A DNA stretch of 64,000 nucleotides. Source: a virus. Lineage: Duplodnaviria; Caudoviricetes. Location: the IMG/VR virus record IMGVR_UViG_3300042522_001179, positions 183 through 64,182 of that record; one strand, 5' to 3'. The position numbers were made by a program, and so were the translations under genes. This document shows positions 38,239-45,746 of the stretch, in pieces (within the stretch, counting starts at the first letter, position 1; each line of letters opens with the position of its first letter). The notes under the pieces were generated by a model. That model did not search any database, was not told the origin of the DNA, and worked only from the letters and a program-made list of their open reading frames with translations.

Positions 38239-39154
38239 GCAACCTAAAGGCGGAACAGAAATCCTGGTCGAAACACTTAGGCAGAACCTGGATTTCACTG
38301 GAATCAACTTGATTGTATCTGTTTGCAAGCCTGAATTAATTGTACCTGGCAAAAAGAATATTTTATTACAAGAGTTAAGCTATGACCAGGAAAATGTGCA
38401 GGGAATGCGGAGCCCTTCTTTTGTAGACGCCATTGATTGTTTCATTTATGACTCCCACTGGTGCTATGAAAAATTTAGAGAAAAATTAAATACGCCGCCT
38501 TGGAAATCTACTGTAATCAAAAATGCAACCACTTCTTTTGAGGTAAAGCCAAAACCAAAGGAAAAGCTAAAGCTTATCTACACGTCTACTCCATGGCGAG
38601 GGTTGCATGTATTGCTACGTGCTTTTCAAATATTAAATCGGAACGATATTGAACTAGATGTTTATTCATCTACAACTATTTATGGCCCAGCTTTTGCAAA
38701 ATCTGTAGAAGGAAAGTTTGATTCTTTATTTGAAAATTTACGCAATACGCCTGGGATTAATGTCATGGGTTATGCTTCAAATGACAAAATCCGCGCCGCT
38801 TTGCAAGATGCGCATATTTTTGCGTATCCAAGTGTTTTTGAAGAGACTTCTTGTATTTCAGCAATTGAAGCAATGTGCGCTGGTTGTCAAGCAGTCGTAA
38901 CAAACTATGGTGCTTTATTTGAAACGTGTGGTGAATACGCTGAATTTGTAACTTATGACAACAACCACGAAAGGCTTGCTCATAATTATGCCAAGGTACT
39001 GAGCAGAGTGATCGACAATTACTGGTACCCTGGAAACCAAGCTATACTTACGGAACAGACAACGTTTTACAACAAGAATTGGACATGGCAAAAAAGATTA
39101 TCCCAATGGCAGCAGTTACTCAAAAAAATAAAAACAAACCAAGACGTGTTTTAA
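38228..39154 (+). CDS. GT4-like glycosyltransferase
   Basis: KGGTE, LIYTSTPWRGL, FAYPSVFEETSCISAIEAMCAG; GTG start inferred. Confidence 0.88.
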   Translation: MTPKQPKGGTEILVETLRQNLDFTGINLIVSVCKPELIVPGKKNILLQELSYDQENVQGMRSPSFVDAIDCFIYDSHWCYEKFREKLNTPPWKSTVIKNATTSFEVKPKPKEKLKLIYTSTPWRGLHVLLRAFQILNRNDIELDVYSSTTIYGPAFAKSVEGKFDSLFENLRNTPGINVMGYASNDKIRAALQDAHIFAYPSVFEETSCISAIEAMCAGCQAVVTNYGALFETCGEYAEFVTYDNNHERLAHNYAKVLSRVIDNYWYPGNQAILTEQTTFYNKNWTWQKRLSQWQQLLKKIKTNQDVF

Positions 39155-39798
39155 TTGGTACTCCGGCATTAGACGGACGAGTTGATGCCTGGTACTCGTA
39201 CGCTCTACATGAAATTGGCAAACAAAGTTTGTTAAACAACATTGATGTAAATATTATTTTGCTGTCGTATGAAAGCATTTTACCAATGGCTCGCAACCAA
39301 ATTTTAACGGCGGCTATTGAAGGAGATTTTGACTCTCTCGTTTTTATTGATTCAGATGTTTATTGCGATCCACAGGCTTTTATCTCAGTTGTCACAGATA
39401 CTTTTGACGTTGTTGCAATCCCAACGGTTAAAAAAACTGACATTGAAAGTTACGATATTAAACCAAAAGAAAATTTTGAAATCAAAGATGGGTATTTGAC
39501 TGTCGATTGGGTAAGCACTAGTTGTTTGAAGTTAAGCAAAAAAGTATTAAAAGATCTTGCTAACAACAGTAACCAGACAATGTTTCGGGGAAATGCGTTG
39601 TACAACATTTGTCAATACGATTTTATGAATGAGAATTTTATGGGAGAAGACGTGTATTTGTGCAATAAAATTAAAAGACTTGGTTACGAGATTTGGGTTA
39701 GCACTGCATCTACTTGTATGCACATTGGACCTAAAGTGTATAAAGGAGATTTTAAAAAAGTGTTAGAAAATGTCAATCAAATTAACGGAGGCAGCTGA
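39085..39798 (+). CDS. GT-A fold glycosyltransferase-like protein
   Basis: VLIGTP, ARN, LVFIDSDV (DxD), GEDVYLC. Confidence 0.8.
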   Translation: MAKKIIPMAAVTQKNKNKPRRVLIGTPALDGRVDAWYSYALHEIGKQSLLNNIDVNIILLSYESILPMARNQILTAAIEGDFDSLVFIDSDVYCDPQAFISVVTDTFDVVAIPTVKKTDIESYDIKPKENFEIKDGYLTVDWVSTSCLKLSKKVLKDLANNSNQTMFRGNALYNICQYDFMNENFMGEDVYLCNKIKRLGYEIWVSTASTCMHIGPKVYKGDFKKVLENVNQINGGS

Positions 39799-40882
39799 AT
39801 ATTTCAAAAAAGAGCAACATCAGATTGACTCTTGGAACTGGCTGCAAACACAAATTGATTCTGAAATTTTAGAAAAATTTGCAATCAAATACCGGACTTC
39901 GCCAACGGCACCTGTTAAATATGCAAATACATGGGAAGGTGTTCTTGCTGCCGCAAAGGAAGCAGGCGCAAAATATCCGGAATGTGTAGCTGCCCAATGG
40001 GCCCTGGAGTCAAACTGGGGCAAAGATACTTCGGGCACGTATAACTACTACGGCCTTAAAGGATCTGGTACAACAGTTAATACTCAGGAATTTATTAACG
40101 GTCAATGGGTAACAATTAAAGCTGGGTTTATTGACTTTCCAGATCTTTACACCTGCACTTGCTACTTAGTTGATCGGTGGTACAAAGACTACGGTACATA
40201 CAAAGGTGTTAATCGGGCCACAAGCAGGAATAATTGCGCCAATTTATTGGTTGCCGAAGGTTACGCTACAGATCCCGGCTATGCAACAAAATTAATCCAG
40301 ATCATGGATAAGCAACTTGGTGCACCAGGTGGCAGTACAGCAGATGCGACAACGTCTAAAACTTTGTCCGTGCCTTATTTTTATCAGCTTGACAACCAAT
40401 CTGGTACAGGATACCGCGAATGTTTTTCGTCGAGTTGCGCAATGATTTCGGCTTACTACGGCAAAGTCAAATCTGATGATGAGTACAATAAAATTCGCGC
40501 TAAGTACGGAGACACTACGGATAAAGACGCTCAGCTAGCAGCTCTGCGATCCTTGGGACTTAAAGCGACTTTTATTACAAACGGTAATGCCGCATTACTA
40601 GAAAATGAAATTCGCAACGGAAAGCCAGTGGCTGTTGGCTGGTTGCATCAGGGCAATGTAAACTATCCTGCTGGTGGCGGGCACTGGACCTGTTGCGTTG
40701 GTTTTGCAGCTGATTACTTTGTGCACAACGATCCAAATGGTGAGGCAAATATGGTGAATGGAGGGTACGTCAGTAACTCTGCTGCGCGTGGCAAAGATGT
40801 AAAATACAGCCGTAAAAATTGGCTGCGTCGTTGGGAGTGCGACGGTAACAACACAGGTTGGGCAATTATTGTATCAAAGTGA
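39770..40882 (+). CDS. endolysin: GH73 glucosaminidase plus C39-like peptidase
   Basis: AAQWALESNWG..NYYGLK..GYATDPGY; VPYFYQLDN..ECFSSSCAM..GGHW..HNDP. Confidence 0.88.
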   Translation: MSIKLTEAAEYFKKEQHQIDSWNWLQTQIDSEILEKFAIKYRTSPTAPVKYANTWEGVLAAAKEAGAKYPECVAAQWALESNWGKDTSGTYNYYGLKGSGTTVNTQEFINGQWVTIKAGFIDFPDLYTCTCYLVDRWYKDYGTYKGVNRATSRNNCANLLVAEGYATDPGYATKLIQIMDKQLGAPGGSTADATTSKTLSVPYFYQLDNQSGTGYRECFSSSCAMISAYYGKVKSDDEYNKIRAKYGDTTDKDAQLAALRSLGLKATFITNGNAALLENEIRNGKPVAVGWLHQGNVNYPAGGGHWTCCVGFAADYFVHNDPNGEANMVNGGYVSNSAARGKDVKYSRKNWLRRWECDGNNTGWAIIVSK

Positions 40883-41040
40883 AACGTAATAAAAATTTAA
40901 AAATTCGCGTCAACATGTGTTGGGAAGTTGGCGACGAAAAAAAATGCGTAACCCTCAGCAAAGAAGAGGCTTACGCAACTAAAAAATGGGTGGAAGACAA
41001 CAATGGTGTTGTGTTCTGGACTCAGGTGTTGCCTAATTGA
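40879..41040 (+). CDS. small hypothetical protein
   Basis: GTGA-coupled ORF. Confidence 0.45.
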   Translation: MKRNKNLKIRVNMCWEVGDEKKCVTLSKEEAYATKKWVEDNNGVVFWTQVLPN

Positions 41041-41205
41041 TCAGCGTTGCTTGGCGCGACCAATCACTAAACCACCAATTTCAATTAACTTGTACAACTT
41101 ACGCGCAACTCGATCATCTTTAGGAGTTGGTGTTAAAGCGCAAATTGCTGAACATGCCGCATGGATGGCAAGAGCAACTTCAAAGTACTTGTTAAGGTGT
41201 TCCAT
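41041..41205 (-). CDS. 54-aa holin-like membrane protein (below ORF-track cutoff)
   Basis: MEHLNKYFEVALAIHAACSAICALTPTPKDDRVARKLYKLIEIGGLVIGRAKQR; TPTPKDD motif of small phage holin-like proteins; next to the endolysin. Confidence 0.7.
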   Translation of the reverse strand: MEHLNKYFEVALAIHAACSAICALTPTPKDDRVARKLYKLIEIGGLVIGRAKQR

Positions 41206-41232
41206 GGTCCTGTCTAATTTTTATCATTCTAT

Positions 41233-41655
41233 CTATAGTTTTCTCATAAGCATAAAGCTACGTTCGTTTGGATCGTAATTCCAAACAAAATCTTCGTGTT
41301 TAGAAAACCAGCCGTAATACATACGTGCTTGTTTTTCTGGTTTGACTGATGCACAACGCAGGCAAATTACGTCGTTAATTTCAATTTCTTGTAGCCATTC
41401 TTTTACCTTGCGTAAGCCAATAGCTAATGTCCTTGGTCCTTCTTTACCTGTCATAGATAAATTCAACTGACGCACCCGTTTGTTTTTGCGAAGCTTGGCC
41501 CAGTCGTTTAGTTGCCTGCGGCTTTTGCTGATTGCTAAGCTTGCAAGCCACACGTATCCGTTGTTGATATCTAGCCATGGCGTCAGTCTCATCTGAAGCC
41601 AATAACCATTTGCTATAGCTTTCGTAAATATCTTTGATTTTCTTTTGGGGATCAT
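41233..41655 (-). CDS. hypothetical protein (140 aa)
   Basis: ATG ORF, basic. Confidence 0.6.
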   Translation of the reverse strand: MIPKRKSKIFTKAIANGYWLQMRLTPWLDINNGYVWLASLAISKSRRQLNDWAKLRKNKRVRQLNLSMTGKEGPRTLAIGLRKVKEWLQEIEINDVICLRCASVKPEKQARMYYGWFSKHEDFVWNYDPNERSFMLMRKL

Positions 41656-41658
41656 TCA

Positions 41659-41793
41659 TTAATCCTCGTAAATACGACATTCCCTAGCCCAGGGATTTTG
41701 CTCACAGTATATTTCAAAATTTGTATGAGTGCTAGGTACGTTGATTTGACAACGTTTAAACAGCTTACAGATAAGCCAATTATAAAAACGCAT
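41659..41793 (-). CDS. cp12: CP12-like mini-protein (44 aa, below ORF-track cutoff)
   Basis: MRFYNWLICKLFKRCQINVPSTHTNFEIYCEQNPWARECRIYED; C-terminus matches CP12 FE.YC..NP.A.ECRIY.D; start coupled to the upstream stop. Confidence 0.75.
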   Translation of the reverse strand: MRFYNWLICKLFKRCQINVPSTHTNFEIYCEQNPWARECRIYED

Positions 41794-42716
41794 CATGGCC
41801 TGGTAATTAAAGGACTAAAGATTTCGGGCAAAGCATCTCCTGGGCTTCTTTCACGTTGCCAAGCCTCGGTCCATTCAATTCGAGAATGTTCATGAACAGA
41901 ATTATAATCGTAAGACTCCGAAGGTTCAATAATAAATTTATCCTTAGGCGCCTCTGGAGTATCGAAGCCAATTAACCACACTGAATTTTCTGAAATTGTA
42001 ACGGTGACTCCATCAGCAATAGTAGCTTCTGTAAAAGTAAAGCCGTTGAATCCAGGTGGTATTGTGTAGTTTACATCAAAAAGAGGACCAATAACAATAG
42101 TGGTTCCTGTGTTGATTTGATTTTCTTGTACTAAAAAGTCTCCATCAGTATCCTCTAAAAGGATAAACATTTCAGTTGTTGATATTTCAACAACAATTCC
42201 AAGACTGTAATCAAGTTGTTCGTTGCGTGTGCTTGAAACACAAATTAAATAACTGCCAGGTTGCAAGGCAAAATAAAGATCATTGCCTTTATCGATTGAA
42301 TATCTGTTAAATTCGTTGTACAGGTTAGAACCTGCACCCATAACATTTCCTAGATAGGGATAGTATGGATTTCCATCTAATGAGGTAGCTAATTCACTAT
42401 CCGCTTGGAAAATCATGCGCCCTTGAATGGGCGTTAAATTTAAATCGTACGCAGAAACTTGGATATAGTTAGGACGAGGATCTCCTTTACGTGTAACAAT
42501 CCACGCAGGAACTTCCAAGTTTATTTGAAACCAGTGGTTGTACGTCCCTCCACCAAAGCCACCGTTTGAATATTGATTTGTATCTGCACGGCCGACAACT
42601 TTATTGACAGGCCCTAATGAGCCTGTCAAATAACGAAGTGAAGTTTGGTTAAAACTTCCAAGAAGTAATGGATTCTGACGCGTTCTTTGCCGTTGAGACT
42701 GAGATGAGCGTGTCAT
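41793..42716 (-). CDS. hypothetical beta-rich protein (307 aa)
   Basis: Long ORF; LQPGSYLICVSS resembles a PPC-like beta-sandwich. Confidence 0.65.
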   Translation of the reverse strand: MTRSSQSQRQRTRQNPLLLGSFNQTSLRYLTGSLGPVNKVVGRADTNQYSNGGFGGGTYNHWFQINLEVPAWIVTRKGDPRPNYIQVSAYDLNLTPIQGRMIFQADSELATSLDGNPYYPYLGNVMGAGSNLYNEFNRYSIDKGNDLYFALQPGSYLICVSSTRNEQLDYSLGIVVEISTTEMFILLEDTDGDFLVQENQINTGTTIVIGPLFDVNYTIPPGFNGFTFTEATIADGVTVTISENSVWLIGFDTPEAPKDKFIIEPSESYDYNSVHEHSRIEWTEAWQRERSPGDALPEIFSPLITRP

Positions 42717-42736
42717 TCAATATAAATATTATCGTT

Positions 42737-43411
42737 TTATTCATTGTACTCGGGGGGTTCTTTAACATACAAAGGGTCTGTTATGGCCATTTTGTAATTT
42801 TGTTTTAAGACTGGATCAATTGTTTTATGGTTTAGAAGACGACGATTAAAAAGCATCAAACGCTCTGCGTTGAATTTGGTTTCAAACGGTGAGATAGTTT
42901 GTGGTGGCATGTTGCGATTCCAGCTGGAAACCAAGTGAAGTGGGTTACAACAAGCTTTGTTTCCACACAGTCTGGTAACGGGCATAGACCCAACATCTCC
43001 CCATGCACATTGGTATACAGCTTTATGCATGTTTAGATTTTCAGATTTTTGCTTGCTATAACCTGAACGATAGGAGGGCAAGCAAATGCGCTTGGGCGTT
43101 TTGTCGCCGCTGCCAGTGATCGGCCAGCATTCCTGGGGAGAGTTGACCGTGACTGTGTTCCAAAGGTTTGCGTACTTGGCTTTGTAGTCCGCATGTAGGT
43201 AGCTCACGTCAAAGCCGCAAACATTACTGAGGATTTTGTGAACACATTCGTAACACCAGTGTTTGGATGAGTCTCGGATGAGATGACCGTGAGCACAGGG
43301 GTAGCCCCGATAGTAACCGTGAGACTCAAGAATCTCATTACTGAGATTGTGAATATTTTCCAAATAACGAAACTGAGGAATCTCAGTGGTGCTTGCAATA
43401 AGACGGGCCAT
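42737..43411 (-). CDS. Zn-binding HNH/His-Cys endonuclease-like protein
   Basis: PCAHGH..WCYEC, ECWP, HKAVY, VTRLCGNKACCNPLHL. Confidence 0.7.
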   Translation of the reverse strand: MARLIASTTEIPQFRYLENIHNLSNEILESHGYYRGYPCAHGHLIRDSSKHWCYECVHKILSNVCGFDVSYLHADYKAKYANLWNTVTVNSPQECWPITGSGDKTPKRICLPSYRSGYSKQKSENLNMHKAVYQCAWGDVGSMPVTRLCGNKACCNPLHLVSSWNRNMPPQTISPFETKFNAERLMLFNRRLLNHKTIDPVLKQNYKMAITDPLYVKEPPEYNE

Positions 43412-43413
43412 GG

Positions 43414-43785
43414 TCAGAAGAGTTCAGATTTGGGACAGTAGTTGTAAACAGTCGGTCCTGGTGTGCGTTTCTTTTGATACGCAGTAGACAAGGTCAGTTC
43501 CAGGCGGTTGTCTTTCTCTGGGTTTGACTCCGCATGGATCACGTCCCCACCAGTGGGTTCCTTGCCCGTCTGGAGGTACCAGACGAGCCTGTGGGCCAGG
43601 TATCGATCTCCGTTAACGCAAACCTTGTAGAAGCCTGTGATGGGGTCATAGGTGCCAGCAGGGTCTCCAACCCTCCGATGCCTGTGGGCCATGCACCATT
43701 CCAGTCCAGAAGGAGTCTTGGAAGAGAGCTTGAGACGTTTGCGGAGCCACCAAAGCTCGGGAAAGGGCTTGTAATTCCGTGCCAT
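43414..43785 (-). CDS. HNH homing endonuclease-like protein
   Basis: YLAHRLVWYLQTG...VIHAESNPEKDNR. Confidence 0.75.
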   Translation of the reverse strand: MARNYKPFPELWWLRKRLKLSSKTPSGLEWCMAHRHRRVGDPAGTYDPITGFYKVCVNGDRYLAHRLVWYLQTGKEPTGGDVIHAESNPEKDNRLELTLSTAYQKKRTPGPTVYNYCPKSELF

Positions 43786-43929
43786 GTGCAGACTTTGGGC
43801 CTTTTTCAGACAATACCCCCTACTTTAATCTTTATATAGGTTAAATCACAAAGATTCCTGGTTTTGTGATTTGTCCTAGAAGGGTTTGAAAGTGGGGGGT
43901 ATTGTCTGTTTTTCCCGCAATCTCTGCAC
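43786..43929. repeat. long imperfect inverted repeat (about 145-nt hairpin)
   Basis: CAGACAATACCCCC/GGGGGTATTGTCTG, AAATCACAAA/TTTGTGATTT and GTGCAGA/TCTGCAC nested arms. Confidence 0.85.
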
Positions 43930-44059
43930 CGACACCTTGGTCTCGCCTTGAGACACCAGTTGTACCAATGCTTTTTAGCCTTCAGTATTTGCTGTAGTAC
44001 AAATATACCCTGCAGAGTTACTCCGTCTTACCCTGGTCTCATCTTGAGATTGTTGTCAC

Positions 44060-44091
44060 AAAAAGAAAGCCCCGCCAAAGCAGGGCCTTTT
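44060..44091 (-). terminator. Rho-independent terminator
   Basis: - strand GGCCCTGC-tttg-GCGGGGCT then TTCTTTTT, downstream of the GT4 gene. Confidence 0.75.
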
Positions 44092-44106
44092 AACTCACCT
44101 TGAGTC

Positions 44107-45363
44107 TCAAACGGGAGTAAACGCTTTGGACCCTTTTTTCTTTTTGTTTTTTTTCTTGACGTTTTCTTTGTCTGCGGCTTCTTCTCCCAGCACCTCTTGG
44201 AACGCCTCATCAAATTGAGAGGCGACCGTATCCCAGTCAAATGCTTCGTCAGTAGCCCTCTCGTAACAGGCTTGCGCCACGGCATCCAGCTCGTTACGGT
44301 TCTCGTACAGCTCCACCAGGATTTCAGTTAGATGCTCTACGGAGGGGCATGGCATCTCCCGACCGTAGTTTGTATCTACGTCTACGTGATCGCAACGGAT
44401 CAATTTGCCGTAGCCATCAAAAATTTCTTTACAAGACGTGTGGTCTGGCACTACTTGAGCCACTTTGCATGCGGCATGTTCAAAGTTAACAAGTCCCCAG
44501 CCTTCGCCTTTGCAAGTGTTGACGCCTACATCAACTGCGTTATAGATGTCATTTAGCATCTCAACGTTTACGTTTGGCGGCGATTGCGTGTTTGTGGTCA
44601 TAATAATGCGACCGTTTGGATCTAACCCATTACGCATCATTTCCCGACCAAAGACTGGCATTACATCCCACCCTTGATCTTTCAATCCCATGTGGAGATA
44701 CAGTTGAACATCTGGACGACCCACCGCAAACCGTGCGAAAGCAGCAATCGTGATATCAATGCGCTTGCGGAATTGATTTCGATTTCCGTTAAACACAATA
44801 AAGATATCCTCGCGCAGGCCCAGCCGTTTACGCGCTTCTGCTTTTGACTTGGGTGCGAATTGACCCGTGGTGACACCGTGGGGAATCACAGTGATTGGAC
44901 GTTCAACGCCCCCTTTAATTGCTTCAAGTGCACCAAATTCCGTGTAGCAGATTGCACTATCCCATTCATTAGCAGTATCTGCTAGAGCACCATGCCAGCC
45001 GTAGCTATCCATGGGGAAATACCCCACAAACTTAAAGCCAATATTTTTTTTTAAATCGGCAATACGTTTGTATTGTTCATTGATAATCCAAATGTCATTC
45101 ATTGTGAAAACAATATCCGGACGTTCGCGCTCTACAACTTCGCAAATGCGCTCTTCTCCAAACGGTGCTTGTTGGAACCGATTAGAAGACGGATACATTT
45201 TGTAGTCGTCTTGCAGGGGTGTTGGATCACCCCACCAGTTGTGACCCAAGACCACAATTTCGTACTTATCTTTTAGTCGACTAAGGACATTTTCTGTGAC
45301 ACGGGCAAATCCCGTCATAGCAACAATGTCACCACACCAAAGAAGCTTAGGTTTTTTACTCAT
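44107..45363 (-). CDS. GT4-family glycosyltransferase
   Basis: TGFARV, VIPHGV, NRNQFRKRID, GEGWGLVNFEHAAC. Confidence 0.9.
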   Translation of the reverse strand: MSKKPKLLWCGDIVAMTGFARVTENVLSRLKDKYEIVVLGHNWWGDPTPLQDDYKMYPSSNRFQQAPFGEERICEVVERERPDIVFTMNDIWIINEQYKRIADLKKNIGFKFVGYFPMDSYGWHGALADTANEWDSAICYTEFGALEAIKGGVERPITVIPHGVTTGQFAPKSKAEARKRLGLREDIFIVFNGNRNQFRKRIDITIAAFARFAVGRPDVQLYLHMGLKDQGWDVMPVFGREMMRNGLDPNGRIIMTTNTQSPPNVNVEMLNDIYNAVDVGVNTCKGEGWGLVNFEHAACKVAQVVPDHTSCKEIFDGYGKLIRCDHVDVDTNYGREMPCPSVEHLTEILVELYENRNELDAVAQACYERATDEAFDWDTVASQFDEAFQEVLGEEAADKENVKKKNKKKKGSKAFTPV

Positions 45364-45386
45364 TAATTTGAGATACTCTCAAATAA

Positions 45387-45746
45387 CTATACAGAAGTTG
45401 AAGGAGTTATTGACCTGCAAAGCTCACGTTTTTCCGCAGTTTTTGCTTTGAGTTTTGTTTTTAAAAATTCAGCCGCTTTATGCGTATTAGTTGTATCCCC
45501 GCAGGTATACAAATCAATTGCTGCATATCCAATTTCGGGCCATGTATGGATAGATGCATGTGACTCTGCCAGCAATGCTAGTAGCGTTACACCTTGTGGT
45601 TTAAATTGTTCGCCAATAATCCTAAGAATTGTCGCATTAGACATTCGGAGCGCTGTTTCTAACAACTCCTGTAGTTGGGCGTAATCATCCAGGATCTCCG
45701 CGTCACAGTCGTAGAGATCCAGGATTAAGTGGCGGCCATTAGACAT
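45387..45746 (-). CDS. speD: S-adenosylmethionine decarboxylase proenzyme
   Basis: GRHLILDLYDC, FKPQGVT..LLAESHASIHTWPE, DLYTCG. Confidence 0.93.
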   Translation of the reverse strand: MSNGRHLILDLYDCDAEILDDYAQLQELLETALRMSNATILRIIGEQFKPQGVTLLALLAESHASIHTWPEIGYAAIDLYTCGDTTNTHKAAEFLKTKLKAKTAEKRELCRSITPSTSV

